A stretch of DNA of 64,000 bases from Neoechinorhynchus agilis (Eukaryota > Animalia > Acanthocephala): contig CM121343.1 in assembly GCA_051530055.1 (NCBI GenBank), positions 5,612,389 to 5,676,388 on the forward strand, read 5' to 3'. Below, in pieces: positions 20,925 to 34,331 of the stretch (within the stretch, counting starts at the first letter, position 1; the number at the start of each line of letters is the position of its first letter). Made by a program: the position numbers and the translations under genes. The notes below the pieces were generated by a model. That model saw only the letters and a list, made by a program, of their open reading frames with translations. It was not told the DNA's origin and made no database searches.

Positions 20925-23900
20925 TCACGCCGTTTTGGTTAATTGCATGCATCTCTCCAGTGTCGTTATATCTCCGGGTGCTCTAGGTAGGCGGATATAA
21001 GAAAATCCATTTTTCCTACTGGCATCAGGATTTCTCGGTTCTCTTAATATCCGTACGAAATCTGTGGTGCAGTCTTGTGGATCAGACTTTTGCGGTTCAG
21101 TACAGCTATGTGTAGCGGCACTGCTGAACGCTTTCAAACGTCGGTCAGTTCGAAACTTGTTTGAGGTTAATCTCAACTCCACTGAAGGTTCGGCACCGAT
21201 TCGCCTTAAATTGATCGCATTATGTTTTTTAATCCTTGGCTGATATTCTAAATTGTATAGAACAACTGCACCGACGCGGAGCTTATTAAAGTCTTCAGTG
21301 TTGGAAGCAGTGAAAAAGTACTGAGCTTTGCTGTGGATATCTTCTAAAAACCCATATGAAGATTTCATTAGCACAACAACTCCCTTCGAAGGGTTTGCTT
21401 CTGCTTCAATCATCACCGCTTTGCCTGCAATCGACTTATCAGTCGAAGGCTGATTCAAGGGTTCAAATGTAACATAATCGCCCTGTGTAAACTCATTTCG
21501 TCCGATCAGGGACGATGGAGTGAAGAAGTATCGTCTTTGTGGATGATAGCGGCTTCCTGTGTTTTCAATAATACCCAATCGGATCCCTCGTTCTGCAATA
21601 AAACTGCAACTACGAATTATTCGACCATAGCTGCGATTGTTGCCCTAAAAAAACCTTCAGGCGGCGCATAAATCTCGATCGAACCTTAGTATATGGATTC
21701 GGAATAGCCGATAATATTTTTGCTACAAATCCGTTGTTCGATAATCCGTTTTTCACCAAAATAACAAAACTAACAAAATCACCAACTTTTACAGGACTAT
21801 ATTGCTTTGTTAAAATTGCCGCAACACTCGAATTTGCGCTTACCATTCTGTATCATCGTATGATACTTCAATGCCAGTATTAATACATTCAAGCATTCCA
21901 GTTCGTGTTACATATCCAATTCGGCTATCTTCAATTTGATTATACACCCGAAGAACACCTATATTCTCAGCATATCGTTCAAAAAGTACATCGGAACCCA
22001 CAGAACAGTCATCGATTGTTGACAGCAAGTGAATTACTGTCTTTGACACGCTGTCATCGACAAGATCATTGAAAAATACCGAGATGGCATTTCCTTGACG
22101 ATCACCGATAATCCCAGTGCCTCTAAGCAATTGAATCCTGTGATTGGAGGAAAATCGCCTTACTAGGAATCAATAGATAGTGACAATATTGATTTCAAAT
22201 AGTCCTTTATAAATTTTAATTGGGACGCTCCAATTTTGTTCATCTGGAACCATTCTAATTCTCCTAGCACCGTTCACATGAATCCCGTCAAGGATCTTTA
22301 CGGGGTTAAATGTAACCGCGTTTCCTTCAGCAATTACCGTTCGTTTATCCGACCTTTCGTTTGTGTTTGGGATAAGTTCATTGAAGTCGAATTTAACGAA
22401 ATTTGAATCATCAATGGAGAATAGCAATCCACTTGAGTTACTATGATCTAATAAAGCAATAATAGCACTTTTTCTGACTTCTCTGTGCTGAAGGAAACTT
22501 TGATCAATAGCCAATTTTACGTTAATAGCTCTCTGCACACCATCACGCTTGTCAGTAGATATTTTAAATGTAACGATATCATTTAAAAACAAAGTGAATA
22601 CTCCAATCCTATCGGTTGCATTGAAGCTTATTGAACTAACTTGAGCGTCATCACTATCGTAAACAATCAAACCATCGACATCCATTACGGATTCTGATAG
22701 GTCTGATTTCAATACAGTCGATCTCCTTTTCGGTTGGGTATGAGGCAAACAGGCAACACGACCTATACGAATCGTCGAGTCTATCTCATTAAACACAACT
22801 TTTCCATTTGCCAGCAGCCTAATTGATTTAGCACGGTGTTCTCCGGTTTCCTGAATTTTTTGAATCTGCAATTACTTTCCCTTCAAAGATATCTTACCGG
22901 ATCTAAGCTTAGCTCGAATTCTACACTACTACCAAGCTTAAACAGATTAGCACTGCCTTGAAGCTCATTAATGTCAAATGTTATTCGACTAACAATGTCC
23001 GATCGTTCAATCAATCCATATGTATCACTCATCGTACTTATAACTCCCGTCTTCACTTCGTTCTCAATCATTTCGGTTTCTGGACCCAGAATCGTAGGTA
23101 CACTTCTCCCAGGAGTTGATGAGATACAAGATTCGACGCTCTTATAATAAGCCCCGCATTTTTCCAGACAGTAACCAATTCGTCTGACATTCGTCGCAAA
23201 TTTTAAAATGACTTTACTGTCGCGATTTGCCGCAATGCGAAACAAGACCTGTGCTTGAGAGGGGAATGTATCTTCGTTGACATGAGTTATATGCCCATAT
23301 GGATTTTTTTAACCAAGTCGAATGTTTTGACCAGAATTTCCCCTAAGACAGGCAGACTAATATAAAGCTCCCATGTTAATTTTTCGGCAACGAAATGCTG
23401 ATTGGAAGGAAAGGGACAGCCATAAGATACACTGTATGGAACCTGATATGGCAACTGATATACTGGCCAAAAATTCTGATGTATGTTCTGTGTGTGTGCT
23501 GAGAACGGAATGATTTAGTACCATCATTTAGCCGCCACGCGAATCCTTGCGCTCACGATTATAACTATTACTAACCTTATCGCCAACTCTAAGAGGTTCG
23601 TCGCCAGACAACTCAACGGCATTTACTTTAAACGGTAAGTAAGCCTGGTGACCACTTTCGTTAACATAACTAATGCAGCCGTTGTCATGAAATGCATAAC
23701 CATTGAACTAAATATAAGGTTTCTATATCACGTTCGTATGTTCAAGTTCTCACCGCCTTTATGGTTGAATCCGGCAGGCAGTGAACGCAACCTTTTTGTA
23801 CTGAACCTTCGTTCTCGTTCATGTCCGCAAACAAGATTATGTTTAACTTGATTATGTTGTTCGCTATTGGTTTGCATGTTCTTTTATCTACCGATTGTTG

Positions 23901-25238
23901 AAATTCAACAAAATCTTAATTTACACCGATTAATCGATTTCAAGTAAAATAGTTGCCAAAAAACTAATGAATTAGTAAGACATCGAAAATATAATGAGAA
24001 ATTTCTAAAATATAGGTCGAATTATATCGGTTTTTTATAAGCTTTATTTTCCTAAAACTAAAAAAAGAAAAATTATGGACACTTGCAATCATAATTTCGT
24101 ACGAAAATGAAATTTGAGAGAAATCTTTCCTCCTACTCGTTCAATGACCATAACTTATGTTAATGAAAAATATTTCTCTTTATTACGAATTAGCTAAAAT
24201 AATTCGAAATAAAAAAGATATACTTGCGGTCGAGAAAATAAGCTAGCAATCGAACAAATGTTAATGGAAAAGACGACAAATTCATATCAATTGAGTGCTG
24301 TGGTTTAATTAGCTGTTATGCATAAATTAAATTTATTAAACTGGTTTTTGAGGCACCGATCTCACTTTCGATCAGTATCACGAATTTATAGAGACCAAAT
24401 CTTACTAAAAGTCATCGATAGAAAAATTTTGGTGAACATACTCCAGGTCATAGCTTAAATTGTAGCAAACTTACAAGCAATGACTGTTCGAAATATTTCC
24501 AATAAATCAAAATCAAATAGATTATGACCTTGAGTATGTTCACCAAAATTATACTTATTAAAAGTGTAATTTTTAGAATGGCTTCCTTTTTTACGAAAAG
24601 AATTTGCTGCAGCTTAAACTTTCTTATGAAGCAAATAAATGAGTTAATTTGAGTTGTTTCGAAATATACAATTTAGTTTGCCTTTTGGTGCTCAGATGCG
24701 AATTCATCTTTTTTGGTTAATCGACATATTATTAAACGACCGTGATTACTTCTTAAATCAAAAACATTCGACGACACGATTTCTTTAATTCAGAATTCCT
24801 TAAATACAAAATAGAAGCGATGACTTTAGAAAGTGTTGAACATGTATATTCCTTAATTAAAATTATACGAAGAAAAGATTATGGTCGTATCGTTCAAAAT
24901 TAGTTCAACACTTTTAAATTTAAGTTCAATTTTAGATCAGAGACACAAAGTTCCTAAGTATGCCAAATGTAAGGAAAAGAAAAAACTGACTCAAGAAGAG
25001 AGTAAACTAAGATCAAGATTAAATCTAAAGAACTCAATTAACTCACCACCGATATTTATGCTCTCATTTTCATCGATTAACGCACTAAAGTGAAAAAACA
25101 ATCTGACATTCCTTGACATGCACTGAATGAATCCGTAGTTTATCTTATAAGACATTTTCAGAAGTGATCAATATAAAGAAATGAGTTAAAAAATGAACTT
25201 ACCAGAATTTTTTCGACAATTCCGATTTCCCTGACCAT
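20925..25238 (-). CDS. CSDE1: Cold-shock domain protein CSDE1/UNR, multi-exon; internal boundaries only partly resolved
   Basis: CSD1 MVREIGIVEKIL|INYGFIQCMSRNVRLFFHFS (59-nt intron 25202-25144). Also GCISY..LPF..LRVGDK|VLFRIAANR, TGVISTMSDTYGLIERSD, FKISTDKRDGVQRAINVKL, KGVVVLMKSSYGFL and C-terminal LREPRNPD..GFS. Confidence 0.85.
24425..24550. mobile_element. Small MITE-like element with 28-bp TIRs in a CSDE1 intron
   Basis: AATTTTGGTGAACATACTCCAGGTCATA and TATGACCTTGAGTATGTTCACCAAAATT are 27/28 complementary. Confidence 0.6.
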
Positions 25239-25726
25239 GTCTTTGTGTCCGTAGTGAAAGTCGTCTAGATTTTATGAGTGGACAAGTCCAAGTAATGATA
25301 TCGCGGAAGTTACGGACGGTAACTGGTTATCTAGTGGATATATTGCGCAAATTAGTTGTAGAAAAGAGTGCAGTACAAAAAGGTCCGCGTCGAATTCTTT
25401 GTATGAAAGGAACAACGAGTTTGCTTAACCCTCAACAATTCCTCCCTCTCCGGGGTGCAAATTCTATGTACAGAAAGAGAGTGCACGTGCCCTCACCCTT
25501 CCACTCGTCTCTCCCCGCTGTCTGCCATCATCCGAAACGAAGAAACCCATTGCGCACGTCGAGTGTCACCATTCAAAGAGCTCTTTGGACCGAGTGAGAT
25601 ATCAGGAACCAAAGCCATAAAACGTACGGACGCGATTAATTTCATATTGTAGAAACAACGTTATATATTTTAAGGAAAAGCTTCATCTTTCCATCTACCC
25701 GTAAAAAACTAAACACGTCCACTACA

Positions 25727-28700
25727 CGGATTGGAATGATCAATGAACCGGTCCGTGTCCAATGGACAACAAACTGAAGAGAAAAATTGGGCCTTTTAGG
25801 TTCGAAAAGCTCATCAAATCCGAATATTTCAATATGAGGTTCATGTTTTAAAGTCCGTTTCTATGTTAAAACCCTCCGAGCACGTCAAATACGCCGATTG
25901 GAATGTTCCATGAACCGATTTGTAAAAAACGGATGAGCACGATTTGCCTTTTATCGTCGAAAAGCTCATCAAATCCGAATATTTTAATATAAGGTTCATA
26001 TTTTAAAGTCCGCTTCTATGTTAAAACCTCCGAGCACGTCAAATACGCCGATTGGAATGTTCCATGAACCGATTTGTAAAAAACGGATGAGCACGATTTG
26101 CCTTTTATCGTCGAAAAGCTCATCAAATCCGAATATTTTAATATGAGGTTCATATTTTAAAGTCCGCTTCTATGTTAAAACCCTCCGAGCACGTCAAATA
26201 CGCCGATTGGAATGTTCCATGAACCGATTTGTAAAAAACGGATGAGCACGATTTGCCTTTTATCGTCGAAAAGCTCATCAAATCCGAATATTTTAATATA
26301 AGGTTCATATTTTAAAGTCCGCTTCTATGTTAAAACCTCCGAGCACGTCAAATACGCCGATTGGAATGTTCCATGAACCGATTTGTAAAAAACGGAGAGC
26401 ACGATTTGCCTTTTATCGTCGAAAAGCTCATCAAATCCGAATATTTTAATATAAGGTTCATATTTTAAAGTCCGCTTCTATGTTAAAACCCTCCGAGCAC
26501 GTCAAATACGCCGATTGGAATGTTCCATGAACCGATTTGTAAAAAACGGATGAGCACGATTTGCCTTTTATCGTCGAAAAGCTCATCAAATCCGAATAGT
26601 TTAATATAAGGTTCATATTTTAAAGTCCGCTTCTATGTTAAAACCCTCCGAGCACGTCAAATACGCCGATTGGAATGTTCCATGAACCGATTTGTAAAAA
26701 ACGGATGAGCACGATTTGCCTTTTATCGTCGAAAAGCTCATCAAATCCGAATATTTTAATATGAGGTTCATATTTTAAAGTCCGCTTCGATGTTAAAACC
26801 CTCCGAGCACGTCAAATACGCCGATTGGAATGTTCCATGAACCGATTTGTGTCTAATGGGCCAAAAAACGGATGAGCACGATTTGCCTTTTATCGTCGAA
26901 AAGCTCATCAAATCCGAATATTTTAATATAAGGTTCATATTTTAAAGTCCGCTTCTATGTTAAAACCCTCCGAGCACGTCAAATACGCCGATTGGAATGT
27001 TCCATGAACCGATTTGTGTCTAATGGGCCAAAAAAACGGATGAGCACGATTTGCCTTTTATCGTCGAAAAGCTCATCAAATCCGAATATTGTTATATAAG
27101 GTTCATATTTTAAAGTCCGCTTCTATGTTAAAACCCTCCGAGCACGTCAAATACGCCGATTGGAATGTTCCATGAACCGATTTGTGTCTAATGGGCCAAA
27201 AAAACGGATGAGCACGATTTGCCTTTTATCGTCGAAAAGCTCATCAAATCCGAATATTGTTATATAAGGTTCATATTTTAAAGTCCGCTTCTATGTTAAA
27301 ACCCTCCGAGCACGTCAAATACGCCGATTGGAATGTTCCATGAACCGATTTGTAAAAAACGGATGAGCACGATTTGCCTTTTATCGTCGAAAAGCTCATC
27401 AAATCCGAATATTTTAATATGAGGTTCATATTTTAAAGTCCGCTTCTATGTTAAAACCCTCCGAGCACGTCAAATACGCCGATTGGAATGTTCCATGAAC
27501 CGATTTGTAAAAAACGGATGAGCACGATTTGCCTTTTATCGTCGAAAAGCTCATCAAATCCGAATATTGTTATATAAGGTTCATATTTTAAAGTCCGCTT
27601 CTATGTTAAAACCCTCCGAGCACGTCAAATACGCCGATTGGAATGTTCCATGAACCGATTTGTGTCTAATGGGCCAAAAAAACGGATGAGCACGATTGCC
27701 TTTTATCGTCGAAAAGCTCATCAAATCCGAATATTGTTATATAAGGTTCATATTTTAAAGTCCGCTTCTATGTTAAAACCCTCCGAGCACGTCAAATACG
27801 CCGATTGGAATGTTCCATGAACCGATTTGTGTCTAATGGGCCAAAAAAACGGATGAGCACGATTTGCCTTTTATCGTCGAAAAGCTCATCAAATCCGAAT
27901 ATTGTTATATAAGGTTCATATTTTAAAGTCCGCTTCTATGTTAAAACCCTCCGAGCACGTCAAATACGCCGATTGGAATGTTCCATGAACCGATTTGTGT
28001 CTAATGGGCCAAAAAAACGGATGAGCACGATTTGCCTTTTATCGTCGAAAAGCTCATCAAATCCGAATATTTTAATATGAGGTTCATATTTTAAAGTCCG
28101 CTTCTATGTTAAAACCCTCCGAGCACGTCAAATACGCCGATTGGAATGTTCCATGAACCGATTTGTGTCTAATGGGCCAAAAAAATGGATGAGCACGATT
28201 TGCCTTTTATCGTCGAAAAGCTCATCAAATCCGAATATTTTAATATGAGGTTCATATTTTAAAGTCCGCTTCTATGTTAAAACCCTCCGAGCACGTCAAA
28301 TACGCCGATTGGAATGTTCCATGAACCGATTTGTGTCTAATGGGCCAAAAAAATGGATGAGCACGATTTGCCTTTTATCGTCGAAAAGCTCATCAAATCC
28401 GAATATTTTAATATGAGGTTCATATTTTAAAGTCCGCTTCTATGTTAAAACCCTCCGAGCACGTCAAATACGCCGATTGGAATGTTCCATGAACCGATTT
28501 GTGTCTAATGGGCCAAAAAAATGGATGAGCACGATTTGCCTTTTATCGTCGAAAAGCTCATCAAATCCGAATATTTTAATATGAGGTTCATATTTTAAAG
28601 TCCGCTTCTATGTTAAAACCCTCCGAGCACGTCAAATACGCCGATTGGAATGTTCCATGAACCGATTTGTGTCTAATGGGCCAAAAAAACGGATGAGCAC

Positions 28701-29442
28701 GATTTGCCTTTTATCGTCGAAAAGCTCATCAAATCCGAATATTTTAATATGAGGTTCATATTTTAAAGTCCGCTTCTATGTTAAAACCCTCCGAGCACGT
28801 CAAATACGCCGATTGGAATGTTCCATGAACCGATTTGTGTCTAATGGGCCAAAAAAACGGATGAGCACGATTTGCCTTTTATCGTCGAAAAGCTCATCAA
28901 ATCCGAATATTTTAATATGAGGTTCATGTTTTAAAGTCCGCTTCTATGTTAAAACCCTCCGAGCACGTCAAATACGCCGATTGGAATGTTCCATGAACCG
29001 ATTTGTGTCTAATGGGCCAAAAAAATGGATGAGCACGATTTGCCTTTTATCGTCGAAAAGCTCATCAAATCCGAATATTTTAATATGAGGTTCATGTTTT
29101 AAAGTCCGCTTCTATGTTAAAACCCTCCGAGCACGTCAAATACGCCGATTGGAATGTTCCATGAACCGATTTGTGTCTAATGGGCCAAAAAAACGGATGA
29201 GCACGATTTGCCTTTTATCGTCGAAAAGCTCATCAAATCCGAATATTTTAATATGAGGTTCATGTTTTAAAGTCCGCTTCTATGTTAAAACCCTCCGAGC
29301 ACGTCAAATGCGCCGATTGGAATGTTCCATGAACCGATTTGTGTCTAATGGGCCAAAAAAACGGATGAGCACGATTTGCCTTTTATCGTCGAAAAGCTCA
29401 TCAAATCCGAATATTGTTATATAAGGTTCATGTTTTAAAGTC
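25727..29442. repeat. Satellite B: about 22 copies, with 154-155 bp and 168 bp unit variants
   Basis: GCCTTTTATCGTCGAAAAGCTCATCAAATCCG recurs at 25946, 26100, 26255 and at 28034, 28202, 28370. Long units carry an extra GTCTAATGGGCCA. Confidence 0.97.
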
Positions 29443-29469
29443 TTCATCTACGTGATTGCCTCACATACA

Positions 29470-29950
29470 CTCATGTGCAACCATCCGCGCAGCTGCAGCG
29501 GCACAATCAACACCATAAACTTTCTCTAATCCAGACTACGCCTTTTGCGTTCTAACTCAGGCATCCTATTAACTTTCGTTGACTTTTGAGCCACATTACT
29601 TCACACGACCGTTCCTACATATCTTCATCAGGATCACGCCCTGCCACCTATTCTTTAGTACCACATTGCCGGGGCAAATTCGAATAATCTAATTAGCATA
29701 TATGTAGAACGCACAGAAACACACTATCTCTTCTCGACCTCCATGCCAATATTTGCACTCTTCGGTTAAGTGAAGAACCCCTTACCAACTCCATGAGATA
29801 CTTCGAGCATTGCTAAAGATGCTCAAACATAACTCATTTCCCTCTATGATTTCGATGTACACCCGCACGAATATCAAAATTCAGGCTGTTTAACACCGCA
29901 TAACCAGGAAATTAGCATACTACTTTGAAATTCTCGCTGGATGCCAATTT
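29470..29950 (+). mobile_element. Possible highly decayed LINE 3' fragment
   Basis: Short stretches such as RLRLLRS and PPIL*Y..IYVERT loosely resemble the CR1/L2 ORF2 C-terminus. C-rich like 11.8-12.3 kb. Confidence 0.25.
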
Positions 29951-31795
29951 AATACTCTCGAGAGTTCTAGTCTGAAACTACGCAATTTCTTCAAAGTAAT
30001 AAAATTTTAAACGGTGCCGTTCTATTAACAATTAATGAACCATTATTTCCAGGACCTCAGACCCATAACCGCCTTTTCACTTTAAAGTGTGGTATAAACT
30101 CGATTCTTATAAATTTATTTGATTATGTGTTCCATTCACTAAAATTATAAACTAACAGAGAAATCGCGTCGATTTACACATTACAAACTGCTTAGCTAAT
30201 TTTCAACTTAATTCAAATATAACGCTTTGGCCATCGATTATTTGATGAGATATTATAGTGTTTTGCAACCCAGAGTTAGCATTGTGAGCACATATTTGAA
30301 TCCTTAACTTTCTATTGAGGACAATAAGAAATAATTATTTAAGTTACTAATTTATCAATGCGCCGAACAAATAAACGCTATGTGGCTATTTAATTTACGG
30401 ATCAAAATGAATGTTAATTAGCGCATGAACATATGCAATAATGCCTTCGAAAATTTTCGTACAAAATGACCTAGCGATCGTAAACAAATAATTTTTGAGC
30501 TCAACAATAAATTATCGCATTTTTTGGAAATCCTTAGATTTTAACGATAACGAGAAAAAACGGCGCCATCTCTCATATCTAATAAAGACTGTGGAAATTA
30601 GTCAAACCGGTAGATCTCATTTTAGTGCCATTTAGTCTTATCGTTTTAAACTACAAAGATAGAAGATATGGATACCTCGCTTATCACTGGGCTTCAAATA
30701 GCTCCAATATTGAGCACCGATGTGCACTGCTGCACAATTGTCACTTACATCTTTTCTCTTATAATTTTGACTCGCATGCGGATGAGGAATCGTGGGAGAA
30801 GGAATTTCATGGCAAAATGTGCGAAACAATCATCGGAAATACTTTGCGAATCGCTAAAGTTCCATTTGGCGATCTACTAAGGGTTCGATTGTCATCTACG
30901 CCTTAGTCTAGATGATTTCTCAGTCATTCAAAGTATTTATGACCTTAAAAATGACCTGCTAAATAAAGACTACGATTTATAAGTAACCGATTTCTTCACT
31001 TTTACCTACGAAACTTACAATGGTTGAAACATTGCTTATTGGTGAGTTTTGATGGCCCAGTCCGTAAAACCGTCCTAGCAAATATATATGCGAACATCGT
31101 TAAGTGTTGAAAAATTGAAGTGGCTTCAAGAACTACATCTTATTTTAAGAAATTTAGTCATTAAAATTCCAAGAGTTAATCACTCTAAACCCATCTTCGC
31201 ATAAGTCGTGAGCAATCGTGCTGAAGTGCAAGCTTCAAATTGCATTAGTGCGTTCCTCTACGATGTGATTTCATCAAAATGAAAAATCGTTTCAATTTTA
31301 AAGTTTAAGGGTACTCTTGAAAGGAAATGAATATTTAGTCATTGCATTTTGATAATTATTAGTATGTCACCTCTTAGCTACCGTTTAGCTTATATGCCAA
31401 GGGCCTTCAACTAAAACCGTGTTGAAGATTGAGGCTTCCGCTATTTCCCACGCAACCAATACTTCACTTGTTTGAGACGCAGAATTCGAATACGTTAAGC
31501 GGTTCGAACTGGCTGACTTGTTTATACAGCTGATATTCCAATAATAGTGATTAGGTTTCACACCTGATGAAGAGAAACACTTTAGGAATGGTTCACATCA
31601 AGTGCATCGCACAAAACAATTGAGACGTTCCTTCGCTACATACAGGTGAGCAATCGGTTCCGCGCAAAAGAGAATCCAGCATGGGGCATATTTCATACCT
31701 AATGCAGAAATGTAAAGTCCATTTAGTTCCATTGTTTGATGTCGTTCCAATGATAATGCGCACTACGATGGTTCAAATCTACTGGTCGCTGCTGG

Positions 31796-33345
31796 GTGCA
31801 CAGCCTCGCACATCAAAATGTCAACTTATCCTTTTTCCGTTCTTTGAGAGCCTCTTGGCTAACTCAATCTATTCGGAAGCGCTCAGCCGCACTTGAAGGG
31901 ACAGGGCCAACCCTCTCCTGGGGCTTATGGGCAATCTCAGACCTGAACCCTACCCCTCCAGCAGCCTCGCAACCCCCCCCGTGGAACCCAGCTACCAGCG
32001 GATTTGAACTAGCGATCAATCGAGCGCATTTTGAACGCACTTATGCCTTTGCTGCCGTTATTCCTGATTTATTTATCCTAAATCGTAGACTCATGGCCTT
32101 ACGGTATGTCTTTTGGGATCCCTTTTCCGTTCTTTGGGAGCCTCTTGGCTAACTCACACACTTCGGAGGCGCTCAGCCGCACTTGAAGGGACAGGGCCAA
32201 CCCTCTTCTGGGGCTTATGGGCAATCTCATTCCTTACCCCACCCTTCCAGTAGCCTCGCAATCCCCCGTGAAACCCAGCTACCAGCGGATTTGAACCATC
32301 GACATATCGAGCGCATTTTAAGCGTGCTTATGCCACTCGGCCGCTAAGCTCCGTTCGGATAAACGACGTTCTACTCTATTTTCAACCATAAAGCCAACAG
32401 TATGTAATTCTACCGCAATTTTACCTTTTCTAAACCACTACCCCCTTCGTATATCAAGAACTTTGATATCTGTTGCCTTGCTTTACAAACTGGATACATC
32501 ACATTGAGTTTTCGGTTATTTGAAACAAATCTCGTATCCGAATAGTGCCCGGTTCTAATTTGTTCGGGTATTTATTGCACAGCCTCAAACGGCAATGGCC
32601 TTACGGCATGTCTTTTAAGATCCTTTTCCCGTTCTTTGGGAGCCTCTTGGCTAACTCACAAACTTCGGAGGCGCTCAACCGCAATTGAAGGGATAGGGCC
32701 AACCCTCTTCTGGGGCTTATGGGCAATCTCATTCCTTACCCCACCCTTCCAGTAGCCTCGCAATCCCCCGTGAAACCCAGCTACCAGCGGATTTGAACCA
32801 TCGACATATCGAGCGCATTTTAAGCGTGCTTATGCCACTCGGCCACTAAGCTCCGTTCGGATAAACGACGTTCTACTCTATTTTCAACCATAAAGCCAAC
32901 AGTATGTAATTCTACCGCAATTTTACCTTTTCTAAACCACTACCCCCTTCGTATATCAAGAACTTTGATATCTGTTGCCTTGCTTTACAAACTGGATAAA
33001 TCACATTGAGTTTTCGGTTATTTGAAACAAATCTCGTATCCGAATAGTGCCCGGTTCTAATTTGTTCGGGTATTTATTGCACAGCCTCAAACGTCAATGG
33101 CCTTACGGTATGTCCTTTGGGATCCTTTTCCCGTTCTTTGAGAGCCTCTTGGCTAACTCACAAACTTCGGAAGCGCTCAGCCGCACTTGAAGGGACAGGG
33201 CCAACCCTCTTCTGGGGCTTATGGGCAATCTCAGACCCGACCTCTACCCTTCCAGTAGCCTCGCAATCCCCCGTGAAACCCAGCGACCAGTGGATTTGAA
33301 CCATCGACATATCGAGCGCATTTTGAGCGTGCTTATGCCACTGGG
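31796..33345 (-). mobile_element. tRNA-derived SINE, four copies; three lie in a 502-bp tandem with a MITE-end fragment
   Basis: A-box TGGCCGAGTGG (32845-32835) and B-box GGTTCAAATCC (32799-32789) are about 35 nt apart. The unit marker ATGGCCTTACGG recurs at 32093, 32595 and 33097, with a diverged partial copy at 31.8-32.05 kb. Confidence 0.8.
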
Positions 33346-33522
33346 CCCAAGATGTGTGAGGCTTTGCAATAAATAAATGCGCACTGTGTTAGTTAATATA
33401 TACAATGGAACGTCGATTATACGAAACGTCAATTTTATCAGGATCAGAATACTGTCCTATGCTAGACAATACGACACCTTGCAGCGAAAAAAGAAAGTAT
33501 CTAATAGTACAGACAAAATAGG

Positions 33523-33708
33523 TATTCTGTTTGGCGATATAGAGATTAATTCTTTTTCACAATGTCTCGTCGGACTTCTTCGGGTTTTTTGCAAGTGTTC
33601 GTGTACACGTCGTAAACACTTACAAGCAATCCGAAGAAATCCGAGGAGACAGACGAAATATTGTGAAAGGGAATTAATAAATCAATCTCTATATCACCAA
33701 ACAAAATA
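33523..33708. repeat. Imperfect fold-back centred on GTGTACAC (33601-33608), related to the 11.2 kb pLTR
   Basis: Arms of about 80-100 bp. TTCTTCGGATTGCTTGTAAGTGTTTACGACGT (- strand) resembles TTCTTCAGCAATTGCTTGCAAGCGTTTACGACGT at 11212-11245. Confidence 0.75.
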
Positions 33709-33861
33709 TATCCATGAGCAACTTCTTCACAAAAAATAAATAATTTTTTCAACAATAAAGCTAACATTAGATTATTCTACGCTAATTTTGCTTTTTTGAA
33801 CCACTTTTACGCATGTTAAGAGCTTTGACATGTGCAGTCAAGCTTTAAAAAATTTGGATAC

Positions 33862-33930
33862 TTCACATTGGGTTTTCGGTTATCCGAAAATATTCATATC
33901 CGAATAGTGACCGGTCCCAATTAATTCGGA
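33862..33930 (-). mobile_element. Solo terminus of a pogo/Tigger-like MITE
   Basis: The reverse complement starts TACAGTAGAACGTCTTTTATCCGAA (TA plus a CAGT.. end). It matches the spacer pieces inside the 502-bp SINE tandem. Confidence 0.5.
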
Positions 33931-34331
33931 TAAAAGACGTTCTACTGTATACAATTATTCCACAACGATTAATTTTTCAATAAGTTCACGCATTTCGTCC
34001 ATAGGGCAGCAGTGGCCGATTGAACGATAGGAACACTGATTCGAGTATTGAATCTGCGGACAACATTGGTGTTTGTGTTGCCAAAGTCATACCCTTTGGG
34101 CGAGAGGAATGAACCCATGATGAACACTAAATCTATTGGTCCAACTGCTTTTTAATTTTCGAGACTACATGCATAAAAAAGTTACCCTTTATGTCTCTCC
34201 AAAGTTATAGGAGGTGGTAGCCTTTAAGAGTAGATGAAACAATTCAGGTGGAATCTCACGGGCACAAAAAATCGCAATATTTGTGGTGTTTTTACAATTT
34301 AGGCCGAGGGACCAATCTACATTAGAATATT

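Noticed and set aside
30625-30906. Short ORFs at 30.6-30.9 kb, and similar ones at 40.6-41.2 kb and 44.0-46.5 kb
   Set aside because: No recognisable motifs or consistent splice structure, so I cannot support them as genes from sequence alone.
31555-31582. CTGATGAAGAGAAAC as a hammerhead
   Set aside because: There is no room for stem II and no supporting stems I or III.
33895-33912. CCGGTCCCAA as part of a twister ribozyme
   Set aside because: It lacks the following GC, the P1/P2 stems and the GAGGG segment, and it lies inside a MITE terminus.
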